Made by a program: the position numbers and the translations under genes
Notes under the pieces: model-generated
Databases searched by the model: none
What the model saw: only the letters and a program-made list of their open reading frames with translations
What the model was told of the DNA's origin: nothing
Part shown: one piece after another, positions 19,021 to 27,712 of the stretch
How positions within the stretch are numbered: position 1 is the stretch's first letter
How the letters are laid out: each line of letters starts with the position of its first letter
Origin: Clostridia bacterium
GTDB taxonomy: Bacteria > Bacillota > Clostridia > Oscillospirales > CAG-272
Assembly: GCA_017410065.1 (NCBI GenBank)
Contig: JAFQRL010000047.1
Location: forward strand, 3,921 to 67,920
DNA: 64,000 nucleotides
Direction of reading: 5' to 3'

Positions 19021-20052
19021 TTACGCCTTTATATCTATCTTGCAGCCTGTGAGACGGGCAACAAGCTTAGCATTTCTACCTTCCTTACCGATAGCAAGAG
19101 AGAGCTGATCGGGAGAAACGGTTACTCTGCAGGTCCTCTCGTCCTCAAGGTAAACGTCAAGCACCTTGGCGGGAGAGAGAGCCTCTGCAACGTACTCGCA
19201 AAGATCATCGGAATACTTGATGATATCCACCTTCTCGCCCTGAAGCTCCGCGAGAATGGAGTTGATTCTCATACCGTTCTTACCGATGCAGGAGCCGACC
19301 GCGTCAACGTTCTCGTCTCTTGACTCAACCGCGATCTTGGTTCTCACGCCTGCCTCGCGGGCAACGCCCTTGATGAGGATAGTGCCGTCCATAATCTCGG
19401 GAACCTCAAGCTCAAAGAGTCTCTTAACGAAGCTGGGGTGGATCCTGGAGAGTGAAACGATGGGGCCGCGGGTCTCGCCGCTCTTGACCTCGGAGATGAA
19501 CACCTTGATCCTATCGCCGACCTCAAAGGTCTCGCCGGGGATCTGCTCCTCCTTAAGGAGAGTTGCGTAGCCTGTGCCTGTGTCGAGGATCGCGCTTCCG
19601 TTGACGGTGTCGACCTTATCAACGATAGCCGTGATGATCTCTTCCTTCTTGTTCTCGTATTCCTTTGTCTGACGCTCGCGCTCGGCGGTTCTGATCGCCT
19701 GAACGATCATCTGCTTACCTGCGGTTGCAGAAAGTCTTCTGAAGTCCTTCGTTTTAAGCTCGGTCTCAACGACGCCGCCCATCTTATGGCGACGGGAGAG
19801 AGCCTTTGCGGCGGTGTAGCCGATCTCGCGCTTATCATCGTAAACCTCGTCGTCGGGCACTACTGTGCGCTGCTGGAATACTCTCATATCCTTCTTCACG
19901 GGATCAAGCTGTACTCTGATTACCGTGGAGGGTCCGACCTCCTTCCTACAAGCATTTGCAAGTGCAAGCTCGATCTGAGAGATCATATACTCCTTTGAAA
20001 TACCGTTCTCGCTTTCAAGAAGCTCAAGAGCGGTGAAGAATTCCGCGTTCAT
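19021..20052 (-). CDS. nusA: transcription termination/antitermination factor NusA
   Basis: The protein is 343 aa. It has an S1 domain (GDRIKVFISEV) and two KH domains (CIGKNGMRINSI, AIGKEGRNAKLVARLTG). Confidence 0.95.
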   Translation of the reverse strand: MNAEFFTALELLESENGISKEYMISQIELALANACRKEVGPSTVIRVQLDPVKKDMRVFQQRTVVPDDEVYDDKREIGYTAAKALSRRHKMGGVVETELKTKDFRRLSATAGKQMIVQAIRTAERERQTKEYENKKEEIITAIVDKVDTVNGSAILDTGTGYATLLKEEQIPGETFEVGDRIKVFISEVKSGETRGPIVSLSRIHPSFVKRLFELEVPEIMDGTILIKGVAREAGVRTKIAVESRDENVDAVGSCIGKNGMRINSILAELQGEKVDIIKYSDDLCEYVAEALSPAKVLDVYLEDERTCRVTVSPDQLSLAIGKEGRNAKLVARLTGCKIDIKA

Positions 20053-20133
20053 TTTTCCCTTTTACCGTCGGCGACAAGCGCCGTCCTTTCTTTTTGATGA
20101 AATATATTTTTTATTTTAATAACCGAATAAGAT

Positions 20134-20598
20134 TCAGCTCTCCTCGGCGTATACCGTGTTGAGCCTGGATATTTTATCGGAGGGTATCCTGATCTCGCCG
20201 ATCTCATCCTTGATGGTGACGCTCTCGCCGTCGCCTGCGATCAGCTCGCCAAGCACCGACTTTCTGCCCTCGTATGCCGCAAAAAGCTTTGCCTCCACCA
20301 CAGCTCCAACGCTTGCCGCAATATGCTCGGGAGTGCGAAGCTCGCGCTCAAGCCCTGGGCTTGAAACGTCAAGATAATAGAAGCCCTCGATGGGATCCAC
20401 CTCGTCAAGAATAGGGTCTATGGCGCGATGAACGCGCTCGCAATCGTTGATATCTATGCCCGACTCCTTATCAATGGTGATCTCAAGGTGATAATCCGCG
20501 CCCACCTTGCCGAAGGTGATATCCCAGATGGAATAACCGAGCTCGGTGACGGTTGGCTCGATGGCGGCTCTGACTGTTTCGCTGACTGATCTTTTCAT
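20134..20598 (-). CDS. rimP: ribosome maturation factor RimP
   Basis: The track ORF starts at a TTG at 20610. The ATG at 20598 lies 5 nt after a GGAGG. The sequence MKRSVSETVRAAIEPTVTELGYSIWDITF...YLDVSSPGLEREL is RimP-like. Confidence 0.9.
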   Translation of the reverse strand: MKRSVSETVRAAIEPTVTELGYSIWDITFGKVGADYHLEITIDKESGIDINDCERVHRAIDPILDEVDPIEGFYYLDVSSPGLERELRTPEHIAASVGAVVEAKLFAAYEGRKSVLGELIAGDGESVTIKDEIGEIRIPSDKISRLNTVYAEES

Positions 20599-20670
20599 AC
20601 TATCCTCCAATCAATGAAATGAAGAGTGACCCGAGAGCCACTCTTCACAGTAAACTATTCAACTATAAAC

Positions 20671-20698
20671 ATTATATCACATTTTTTAAAAAAATCAA
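20671..20698 (-). promoter_or_regulatory. promoter of the rimP-nusA-infB operon (TTGATT-16-TGaTATAAT)
   Basis: On the minus strand the -35 element is TTGATT (20698-20693) and the extended -10 is TGATATAAT (20679-20671). The leader contains an 8-bp hairpin (20621-20646). Confidence 0.6.
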
Positions 20699-20735
20699 TA
20701 GTTTTTTTGAAATTTGTGAAATTTTAACGAATATA

Positions 20736-20764
20736 TTTACAAGCCGCAGAAAATATGCTATAAT
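20736..20764 (+). promoter_or_regulatory. near-consensus promoter (TTTACA-17-TATAAT) driving the candidate sRNA
   Basis: TTTACA lies at 20736-20741, followed by a 17-nt spacer and TATAAT at 20759-20764. It is divergent from and back-to-back with the rimP promoter. Confidence 0.6.
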
Positions 20765-20770
20765 AATTGT

Positions 20771-20983
20771 GCCAAACGAACTTAATAATCACGCTTATAG
20801 GTATATTTTTCTTTATGGAATAACTATACCCTTTTTTGCACATCATTAAACGATAGACATTCGGTAAAAATGCGGCTCCCGTTTGATGGTGTGAAAGCCT
20901 ATCTGCGTATAAGTTCGTTTGGCGACAACTTGGAGAGCGCGTTTTTCGGTGCGGTAACTCCGGTTGCCGCACTTTTTGTTTTT
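20771..20983 (+). ncRNA. candidate structured small RNA (~210 nt), family not recognised
   Basis: It has its own promoter. A 14-bp perfect closing helix pairs 20771-20784 with 20910-20923, extended by 20791-20801 with 20898-20908. A 14-bp internal hairpin pairs 20839-20852 with 20880-20893 and contains two G.U pairs that are only valid on the plus strand. The terminator GCGGTAAC-tccg-GTTGCCGC plus T-run lies at 20951-20983. Confidence 0.5.
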
Positions 20984-21044
20984 AAAAGGAGGTTATATGA
21001 GCAGGCATATCCCAAAGAAGGTCATCGATATTTAATAACAAAAT

Positions 21045-21072
21045 GGCGCACCCGCAATAATGCAGGTGCGCC
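21045..21072 (-). terminator. terminator at the end of the giant-protein operon
   Basis: A perfect 8-bp stem GGCGCACC/GGTGCGCC has a 12-nt loop and is followed by T-rich sequence on the minus strand. Confidence 0.65.
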
Positions 21073-21078
21073 AAGCGT

Positions 21079-21321
21079 TTACTTTTGCTCCTCAAGGACG
21101 TCTCTTATCGCGCCTGTTACGGAGGAATAGATGCGGTCGGTTTCGGAAACCGATTTTCTTATGAGGCTCTTTTTGCCTGTTGCGCGAGCGTACTCGGCAA
21201 CAAGTCTTTCAAGCTCCTCGGTTATCTCTCTTTTTCTCTTTTCAAGCTTAAGCGCCTCCTCGGAGCGGCTCTTGATGGAGAGAGTCTGATTTATTCTTTC
21301 AACTGTTTTTTCTTTTTTCAT
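21079..21321 (-). CDS. small (80 aa) charged coiled-coil protein, unknown function
   Basis: The ORF begins 18 nt downstream of the giant gene. The E/K/R-rich helix reads SEEALKLEKRKREITEELERLVAEYA. Confidence 0.55.
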   Translation of the reverse strand: MKKEKTVERINQTLSIKSRSEEALKLEKRKREITEELERLVAEYARATGKKSLIRKSVSETDRIYSSVTGAIRDVLEEQK

Positions 21322-21339
21322 AACTTTTCTCCTTCAAAA

Positions 21340-24300
21340 TCACTGCTGGAAGAAGCCAAGGAAGCTTCCGAGATTTTCAAGATTACCCGAGCCGAAGAGC
21401 CAGATGAAGCCTGCAACGATCGCGCCGAGAACAAGGAGCATAAGTCCTATACCCGCGAGCCATCCAAGACCCGAATCGTTATCGGGAAGGCATCTCTGAT
21501 AGGTGCGCTTAAACTGCGCGTGAGCGCGAGCCTGGGTCTCTATCTGAGCCTCCCTATCGTATTTAAGCTGCTTGATCTCGTAGGGTGTGAGGTTATCGTC
21601 CTTTGCGTGCTTCAGCCTGTATTCTATCACGGCGATGTTGGACTCTGCCTCGATCTGATCGTTTATGTAGCCGTAGAGGGTCTCGCGATCGTATGGATCG
21701 GAGATGCGCTTATCCACCTTTTTAGCCATTGCCTTGATGGACTTATTGTTGTGCATCCTCTTTGCCGCCTGAGCCTTCACCTGACGGATATCAAAGGTGA
21801 GGGGTCTGCCGCCGAGATCCATTACCTGACCCTCGTAGATGGAGATAAGGAGACCGTTGATGCGGTCGCGCTCATTAAGGAGCTTCATTATCTCGTCGCG
21901 GAGATAGGTGATATCCTGCTTCGTGTACTTCTTTCTGAAGAAGGGGATCGCCTTCCATCTTCTCTTTTTGCCAACGGGAGGTACTGCATCGGGATGAGTA
22001 GTCACTACCTCGTAGTATCTCTTGTTAGCTTCGTTTTCGGCATTGAGAGCCGCCTTACCCGTGCGGTCTATCTTCTTGCAGCGAGCAACGATATTCTCGC
22101 TCTTTCTGCGCTCGACCTTCTTCGTGATACCGTAGCTGTAATTGCGCGCATCGTCCTCGCATTGGATAAGACCCTTTGCGTACATAAACGCGGCGGCAAC
22201 CGCTCTGTTATCCTTATCTGCCTGACGCTTTACCTGGTTCTTAAGGCTTGCAAGCTCATAGCTTATAGCATTCTGCTTTTCAGCCTCTGCCTGTGCTTTT
22301 GCAACCGCAAATTCGTGCTGGGCGTCACGGTTTGCATCGTATCCGTCGTAGTTTGCGTACTGATAATCGTATCCGCTTGCAAACACGGCGACCTCAAGCT
22401 CCTTGATCCTTGTGAAGGGCTGACCGTTCACGATCTTCTCAGCCATCTGAACGTCTGCTCCGCTAAGCTTATCGCCTGTGAACTCCGCATATTCGTCAGC
22501 AAGAGAATTATACGCCTTAAGCTCCGCCTCGACCTTCTTCTTCTGCTTTGCGATCTGACCCTTTGCAGAGCCTGCCGCAACCATATAAACAAGCGAGCTT
22601 GCCTCTGCCTCTGCCGCCGCTCTCTGCGCATTAAGCTGGCTGACGAGAAGCTTATGCTTCTCAACACCTACCGCCGCGCGCTTTTTAGTCTCAAGATCTT
22701 CAAGCTGGGCAGACACGGTCTTAAGCTTCTTCTCGTTGCTCTTAAGGCGTGCCGAAAGCTCCTTTTTGCCGACCTCTCCGCTAACGTAAAGATCGCGGTG
22801 GCTCCCCTCATCAGCACCCTTTGCCGAGCTCTTGCCGTCGGCACTTGCGCTCTGATTATAAATAAGCTGACTTGTGGGATGCTCTGCGATCTCAAGGCTG
22901 ATCTTGGGCACCTTGCGGTAGCCCTTGCCCGAGGTTACCTGGTCGTAAAGATCTGCGGGTGCCTTGGAGAGAGGCGCAACGCCAAGCTTTGCTATCTCGT
23001 CAACCAGCGCGTTGTGAGCCGAGATCTCCGCTTCAAGCTTCTTTTTCGTTTCCTTAAGAAGCTTTGCGTTGCCCGAGCTGTGGGCGATAGCGGCAGTCTC
23101 GCAAAGGCCGTCTATTATCTCCTTGCGGACGGTGAGAGCCTTAAGATCAACGTCAATGCGCTCCGCGCCCTTCGCGTTCCTTGAGGACTTGGCAAGTGCC
23201 GCCGCCTCGTCGGAGAGCTCCTTATACTTCCTTGAACTGACCTTAACGTGCTTTTTCATCTCCTTGCCCGAAAGAACGGGGGAGCTTACAGCGCCGCTCG
23301 TGAGATTATACATCTTCACCTCGGGTGCCGCCGCGCCGAGAACTTCCTCCTCGCCGTCGATGCGGTATTCAAGCCTGGGAGCCTTAACGTAGCCCTTGCC
23401 GGAAAGTATATCGTCTATAACGGCGGAGCTGATCTTCGATGCCTCCATACCGTTCTTTTTCGAGAATGCATCAGCCGCCGCATTGTGCGACTTGATCTCA
23501 TCCGCGAGCTTCTTTTTAGTGCTTGCAATAAACGCCTTGTCCTCCGCGCCTCTTGCGACCACAAGATCGTTGCAAAGCGCGTCTATTCTCTCGCGGCGGG
23601 CGTTGATGCCTGCGATCTCCGCCTGCATAAGCTCCTCGCCCGACTTGCCCTTATAAGAGCTCTCTATGCCTGCCACGGTCTTTTCGGAGGCGGCATAAGC
23701 CTTTGCGCTCTCCGCTTTATAGCTCTTAAGCTCCTTTTTGGACATAGCCGCCGCGGGGGAGGATATCTGCTGGATACTCTCTGCGGGTGCCTTCACGAAT
23801 TCAAGCCTTGCGCACTTGCGGTAGCCCTTGCCCTTTGAAATATCGTCTATAATGCTGACGGGAAGCCTTGAGACGGACGTTCCGTTCTTTGCGTTAAGGC
23901 TGTCAACAGCCTCGTTGTGCTTCTTGATCTGCTCGGCAAGACGAGCCTCGGTGCTCTTAACGAAGCGAGCGTCGCCCGACGCGCCTGCAACCGCGAGACT
24001 CTCGCAGAGCATATCTATAAGTGCGCGCTGCTCAACGATGCAATCAAGCTCGGCTTTCACAAGCTCCTCGCCCGACTTCTTTCCTATCGCCCTTCTCTGC
24101 TCCTCTATGCGCGCCTTTGCCGAAGCATAGGTCTTTTCGGAATTCTTCGCGTAGCGAGAGAGCTCCTTGCCCGAGAGAACGGCTGCCGCGCCTGCGGCTG
24201 CTCCTGCGGTCTCAACCACAGCTGCCGAGGAGCCTGCACTCACCTTCTGAACAGAGGGCTGCTCTACGACCTGATATTCGATCTTGGGAGTTTTGTGATA

Positions 24301-27297
24301 GCCCTTGCCCGAAACGATCTCGGAATAGAAGCTATCGGGAATATGGCTGAATTTAACGCCGCCAATAAGGCCGAGGTCGTCAACGAGAGCGTTATGCACC
24401 TCTATCTCCTCAAGGAGTCTCTTTCGGGACTTTTTGAGGAAGCCGCCGTCCTTTGAGGAATCAGCCACGAACACGCCCTCTGCGAGAGTGTCTATAAGCT
24501 CCTTCTCAACGACGAGAGCGCGGACGTCAAGCTCAAATCTTTCGTCTCCGCGAGCTGCCGCACGGGCGCGCTCTATCTCGGAGAGCTGTTTCTTGGATTC
24601 TTTATAAAGCCTGTTGTTTTCCTTCTTGAATGCCGCAAGCTTTGCGCCGCTGAGCACTCCTCCGCGGAGAGGGTCAACCTTATCCGCACTCACGACGGTA
24701 TATCTTTTTCCGTCTGCGACCGCCTCCTTGCGCTCGGGGGCAACGTCAACGTACGCACCCATACACATAGGAGGATAAGGCATACCCTTCACAGGATAAT
24801 GCTGCCCCTCGTTCACCTTAGCCGATGCGCCACCGCTTGCGCTCGTTTTTTCTGCTGCGGGCGAATTTGCCGCATTAGCGGCAACGGTTACTTTCGAACC
24901 ACCGATGAGAAAGGTGAAGCTCCCGTCGGGGTCACTGGCTTTTTTTCCCGAAGGATCTCCTACTATGCGAGTGGTATCTCCCACAGTTTCAAAGAGCTCG
25001 TTTACGTGCACCATCAAAGGCATATCGGGAATAAGCATTGCCTCTGCCACCTTGGAGGCGGTGAGGGGATGTATCTTTGTTACGGTCGTGTTGCAAATGC
25101 GATCGCACGCGCTTGCCGCCTTATTATATCTGCCGAAGAGCTCCTCAAGCTTGATCCTCTCCTCGCCGATATATTTAGCCTTGCCAAGCTTGACCGCACC
25201 GATGAGAACGCGAGAGCCGACGAGAACTCTCTCTCTTTCAAGAAGAAGCGCCGCCACAGCCTTTTCGGGAGTGACAATGCCGCCGAGGCTCTTGACCTTC
25301 TTATCGATGGTCTTATTAGCCTTCTTCGCAAGCTTGCGAAGCTTCTTGAAGCTCTTCTTCGACGTTACCTCGGGCTTGTTTGCAAGAAGGTCGCGCTCAA
25401 GGAGAGCCGACTCAACTATCACCTTCGTGGTGATGGGGTTCTTCTTTTTCTCGCCGCCAACGGCAACGACGGAGGAGACTGCCTCAGCCGTCTCGCCCGA
25501 CTTAAGGGAGGTGACGCTGGGGAAGCTTACTATGTAAGACTTCGGGATCTCGGGATCGTCGGGTGTGAGCTGCTCGTATCTGTCTCTGTATGCGAGAACG
25601 GGAATAACAGCCTTGCCTGTCTGGTTTGTGATATGGTCGGGAAGGAATGCGGACACGCGGGTGAGCATCTCGCCTGTTTCAGCCGCGAATTCGGTTGCCT
25701 TGCGGTTAAATCTTTCGATCTGGGAGTAGAGCATAAGCCTGAGCTTCTTAACGAACTTATCGTTGCGAAGTCTTGCCGCCGCCGCGAGATTATCGCATCT
25801 GATCTCAAGGATCTTGCCGCACTCGTTCATAGAGTAGCAAAGCGCAGCTCTTGAACGCTCCTCGTCGGAAATCTGGCGAGCAGCCTCGTAGGTCTCGATT
25901 TTCTTTTCGATCTTCTTTATAGCCTTCTTGCTCTTCTTTACGTACTTTTTAAGCTGACGCTTGGTCATAACCGCCTCGCCCATCTTGCGAAGCTTCTCAA
26001 CGATGGGATCGTTGCTGATAACGGGCTTATGAAGGATCTTCTCCTCCTCGGGCTCCGAGGCGGGCTCCTCCTTCTTCTCCTCTGCGGGAGCCTTTGCCGC
26101 CGCAAGAGCGGTGAGAGCGGCGATCTCCTCAAGCATAGACTGACGGCGCTGCTCCTGAAGGAGAACGAGCTCGTCTCTGTGTGCTCTGATCGCTTCCATT
26201 TCCTTTGCGAATCTTTCCTGCTCGTCTGCAAGCATACGAGCCATCTCTTCTCTTGCAAGCTTTGTGCTTTCCTGGATCATACGGAGAGCCGCCTCGTGGT
26301 CTGCAAGTGCCTTTGCGAATTTACATTCGTCGGCATCCTCTGCCTCCTCGGGCTCCTCCTCCTCGGGCATATCCGCGGGGATCATACTTTCGGGAATGAT
26401 GGCAGGGTCGTCCTTATTGGTGAGGGACACAGTCATATCCTCGTCCTCGATATTGAGAACGAAGCTATCACCCTCAACAGTCATCATCTCGCCAACGAGG
26501 AAGTCCTCAACCTCACGGCGAGCCGCGTCTGCCTTATCCTCTGCCACGGGAGCGACCTTTGCCGCCTCCCGGCGAGCCGCAGCCTCTGCCTTTGCGATAG
26601 CCTCAGCCTTGAGAGCCTCCTCTGCCTGAGAGGCGGCTTTAGCCTCTGCCTCGGCTCTTTCGTTTTCAGCCTTCTCCTTGAGAAGGTCCATCTTATCTAC
26701 CATACGGAGATTGCCGTTTTCATCAACCACGGCGCACTTTGTTACGCGGTTGAGAAGCTCTGTTGCCTTCTCGCCGCGAGCTCTCGCCTCTTCCCTCTCC
26801 TTTTCAAGGAGAGCCGCTATCTCCTGCGCTCTTGCCTCACGAGCCTTTGCCTCCTCAGCCTCGCGCTCTGCCTTTTCACGAGCCTTAGCCGCGGACATTG
26901 CCTTTTCTCTGTCCTTCTGGAGCTTCTTTCTGTAATTCTGGGCATAGTTAAGAGCCGCCAGCTTCTGCTCTGCAACGAGCTTTGCCTTCTCTCTGTCCGC
27001 CTTCAATTTCTTCTCGGCGTCCTCAAGCCTTGCCTGAGCCTCCGCCTCGGTTTGCTTTCTGTCCTTTTCCTGTTCGGACTTGCGAGCGCGCGCGCCTGCA
27101 TCGGCACGGCGGATATTTCCTGCCGCAGCCTTGAGCTTTTCGGAGATATTCTGCTCCGCAGCCTCCGCCACGGGCGCATCCGCCGCAGTCTCAGCAGCTA
27201 CGACCTCGGTCGCATCCTGAACTGCAGTCTCGGTAACAGTCTCCGACGGAGCTTCCGCTTCGCCGACGATAGGCATTTTCTTTTCGTCTGCCATCAT
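21340..27297 (-). CDS. giant (1985 aa) tail-anchored coiled-coil repeat protein, unknown function
   Basis: It is a single uninterrupted ORF. No N-terminal signal peptide is present. The first ~450 aa are E/K/A-rich. Five tandem ~145-165-aa repeats each end in SGKGY(R/H/V)KxPxxE. One C-terminal TM segment reads GWLAGIGLMLLVLGAIVAGFIWLF. Confidence 0.8.
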   Translation of the reverse strand: MMADEKKMPIVGEAEAPSETVTETAVQDATEVVAAETAADAPVAEAAEQNISEKLKAAAGNIRRADAGARARKSEQEKDRKQTEAEAQARLEDAEKKLKADREKAKLVAEQKLAALNYAQNYRKKLQKDREKAMSAAKAREKAEREAEEAKAREARAQEIAALLEKEREEARARGEKATELLNRVTKCAVVDENGNLRMVDKMDLLKEKAENERAEAEAKAASQAEEALKAEAIAKAEAAARREAAKVAPVAEDKADAARREVEDFLVGEMMTVEGDSFVLNIEDEDMTVSLTNKDDPAIIPESMIPADMPEEEEPEEAEDADECKFAKALADHEAALRMIQESTKLAREEMARMLADEQERFAKEMEAIRAHRDELVLLQEQRRQSMLEEIAALTALAAAKAPAEEKKEEPASEPEEEKILHKPVISNDPIVEKLRKMGEAVMTKRQLKKYVKKSKKAIKKIEKKIETYEAARQISDEERSRAALCYSMNECGKILEIRCDNLAAAARLRNDKFVKKLRLMLYSQIERFNRKATEFAAETGEMLTRVSAFLPDHITNQTGKAVIPVLAYRDRYEQLTPDDPEIPKSYIVSFPSVTSLKSGETAEAVSSVVAVGGEKKKNPITTKVIVESALLERDLLANKPEVTSKKSFKKLRKLAKKANKTIDKKVKSLGGIVTPEKAVAALLLERERVLVGSRVLIGAVKLGKAKYIGEERIKLEELFGRYNKAASACDRICNTTVTKIHPLTASKVAEAMLIPDMPLMVHVNELFETVGDTTRIVGDPSGKKASDPDGSFTFLIGGSKVTVAANAANSPAAEKTSASGGASAKVNEGQHYPVKGMPYPPMCMGAYVDVAPERKEAVADGKRYTVVSADKVDPLRGGVLSGAKLAAFKKENNRLYKESKKQLSEIERARAAARGDERFELDVRALVVEKELIDTLAEGVFVADSSKDGGFLKKSRKRLLEEIEVHNALVDDLGLIGGVKFSHIPDSFYSEIVSGKGYHKTPKIEYQVVEQPSVQKVSAGSSAAVVETAGAAAGAAAVLSGKELSRYAKNSEKTYASAKARIEEQRRAIGKKSGEELVKAELDCIVEQRALIDMLCESLAVAGASGDARFVKSTEARLAEQIKKHNEAVDSLNAKNGTSVSRLPVSIIDDISKGKGYRKCARLEFVKAPAESIQQISSPAAAMSKKELKSYKAESAKAYAASEKTVAGIESSYKGKSGEELMQAEIAGINARRERIDALCNDLVVARGAEDKAFIASTKKKLADEIKSHNAAADAFSKKNGMEASKISSAVIDDILSGKGYVKAPRLEYRIDGEEEVLGAAAPEVKMYNLTSGAVSSPVLSGKEMKKHVKVSSRKYKELSDEAAALAKSSRNAKGAERIDVDLKALTVRKEIIDGLCETAAIAHSSGNAKLLKETKKKLEAEISAHNALVDEIAKLGVAPLSKAPADLYDQVTSGKGYRKVPKISLEIAEHPTSQLIYNQSASADGKSSAKGADEGSHRDLYVSGEVGKKELSARLKSNEKKLKTVSAQLEDLETKKRAAVGVEKHKLLVSQLNAQRAAAEAEASSLVYMVAAGSAKGQIAKQKKKVEAELKAYNSLADEYAEFTGDKLSGADVQMAEKIVNGQPFTRIKELEVAVFASGYDYQYANYDGYDANRDAQHEFAVAKAQAEAEKQNAISYELASLKNQVKRQADKDNRAVAAAFMYAKGLIQCEDDARNYSYGITKKVERRKSENIVARCKKIDRTGKAALNAENEANKRYYEVVTTHPDAVPPVGKKRRWKAIPFFRKKYTKQDITYLRDEIMKLLNERDRINGLLISIYEGQVMDLGGRPLTFDIRQVKAQAAKRMHNNKSIKAMAKKVDKRISDPYDRETLYGYINDQIEAESNIAVIEYRLKHAKDDNLTPYEIKQLKYDREAQIETQARAHAQFKRTYQRCLPDNDSGLGWLAGIGLMLLVLGAIVAGFIWLFGSGNLENLGSFLGFFQQ
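22390..24720. repeat. five tandem ~430-500-nt coding repeats within the giant gene
   Basis: The in-frame GKGY codons recur at 22918, 23389, 23821 and 24298 (gta/ata-gcccttgcc), plus a diverged unit near 22400 (NGQPFTRIKELEV). Confidence 0.75.
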
Positions 27298-27707
27298 GTG
27301 TTCCCCCTGTCATTGTCATTATAAAATTTTAATAAATAATTTAAAATATCACGCCTTAATATGATGCCGATAAAGCATCCTCTGTCGTCAACGACGGGCA
27401 CGAAGTTATGCTCCTTAACGCCCTCGATAACGTCCTCAAGCGATGCCGTGTGATAAAGAGGCTTAACGTGGTTTTCACCGATTATATCGGCGATCCCGAC
27501 GCTTTCGGTAGCCTTGGCACTGCACTCGCCGGTTTCAAAAAAGTATTTCAGAATATCGTCGTTTCGCAGAGAGCCGACGTAAACGCCTTCGTCGTCAAGC
27601 ACGGGAATTGCGGCGTATCTGTGATAGCGCATCTTCTCAATGCCCTGACGCACCGTGCTGTTTACCGTTACGTATTCGACCATACTCTTTGGAATAACGA
27701 ACATCAT
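27294..27707 (-). CDS. CBS-domain pair protein
   Basis: The track ORF is 27294..27845. The ATG at 27707 avoids overlap with coaW. MMFVIPKSMVEYVTVNSTVRQGIEKMRYHRYAAIPVLDDEGVYVGSL...FVPVVDDRGCFIGIILRRDIL gives two CBS motifs. The stop overlaps the giant-gene start. Confidence 0.8.
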   Translation of the reverse strand: MMFVIPKSMVEYVTVNSTVRQGIEKMRYHRYAAIPVLDDEGVYVGSLRNDDILKYFFETGECSAKATESVGIADIIGENHVKPLYHTASLEDVIEGVKEHNFVPVVDDRGCFIGIILRRDILNYLLKFYNDNDRGNT

Positions 27708-27712
27708 TAAAT

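Noticed and set aside
20870-21130. 86-aa plus-strand ORF spanning the sRNA candidate's 3' half and terminator
   Set aside because: It has no RBS. It reads through two terminator hairpins and into the convergent gene at 21079. RNA structure explains this region better.
21085-27324. Several long plus-strand ORFs (21085..23184, 23248..23838, 24799..25854, 26029..27324) opposite the giant gene
   Set aside because: All are antisense to one continuous 1985-aa frame with clear repeat structure. Their products are L/C/R-rich nonsense, and none has a start context.
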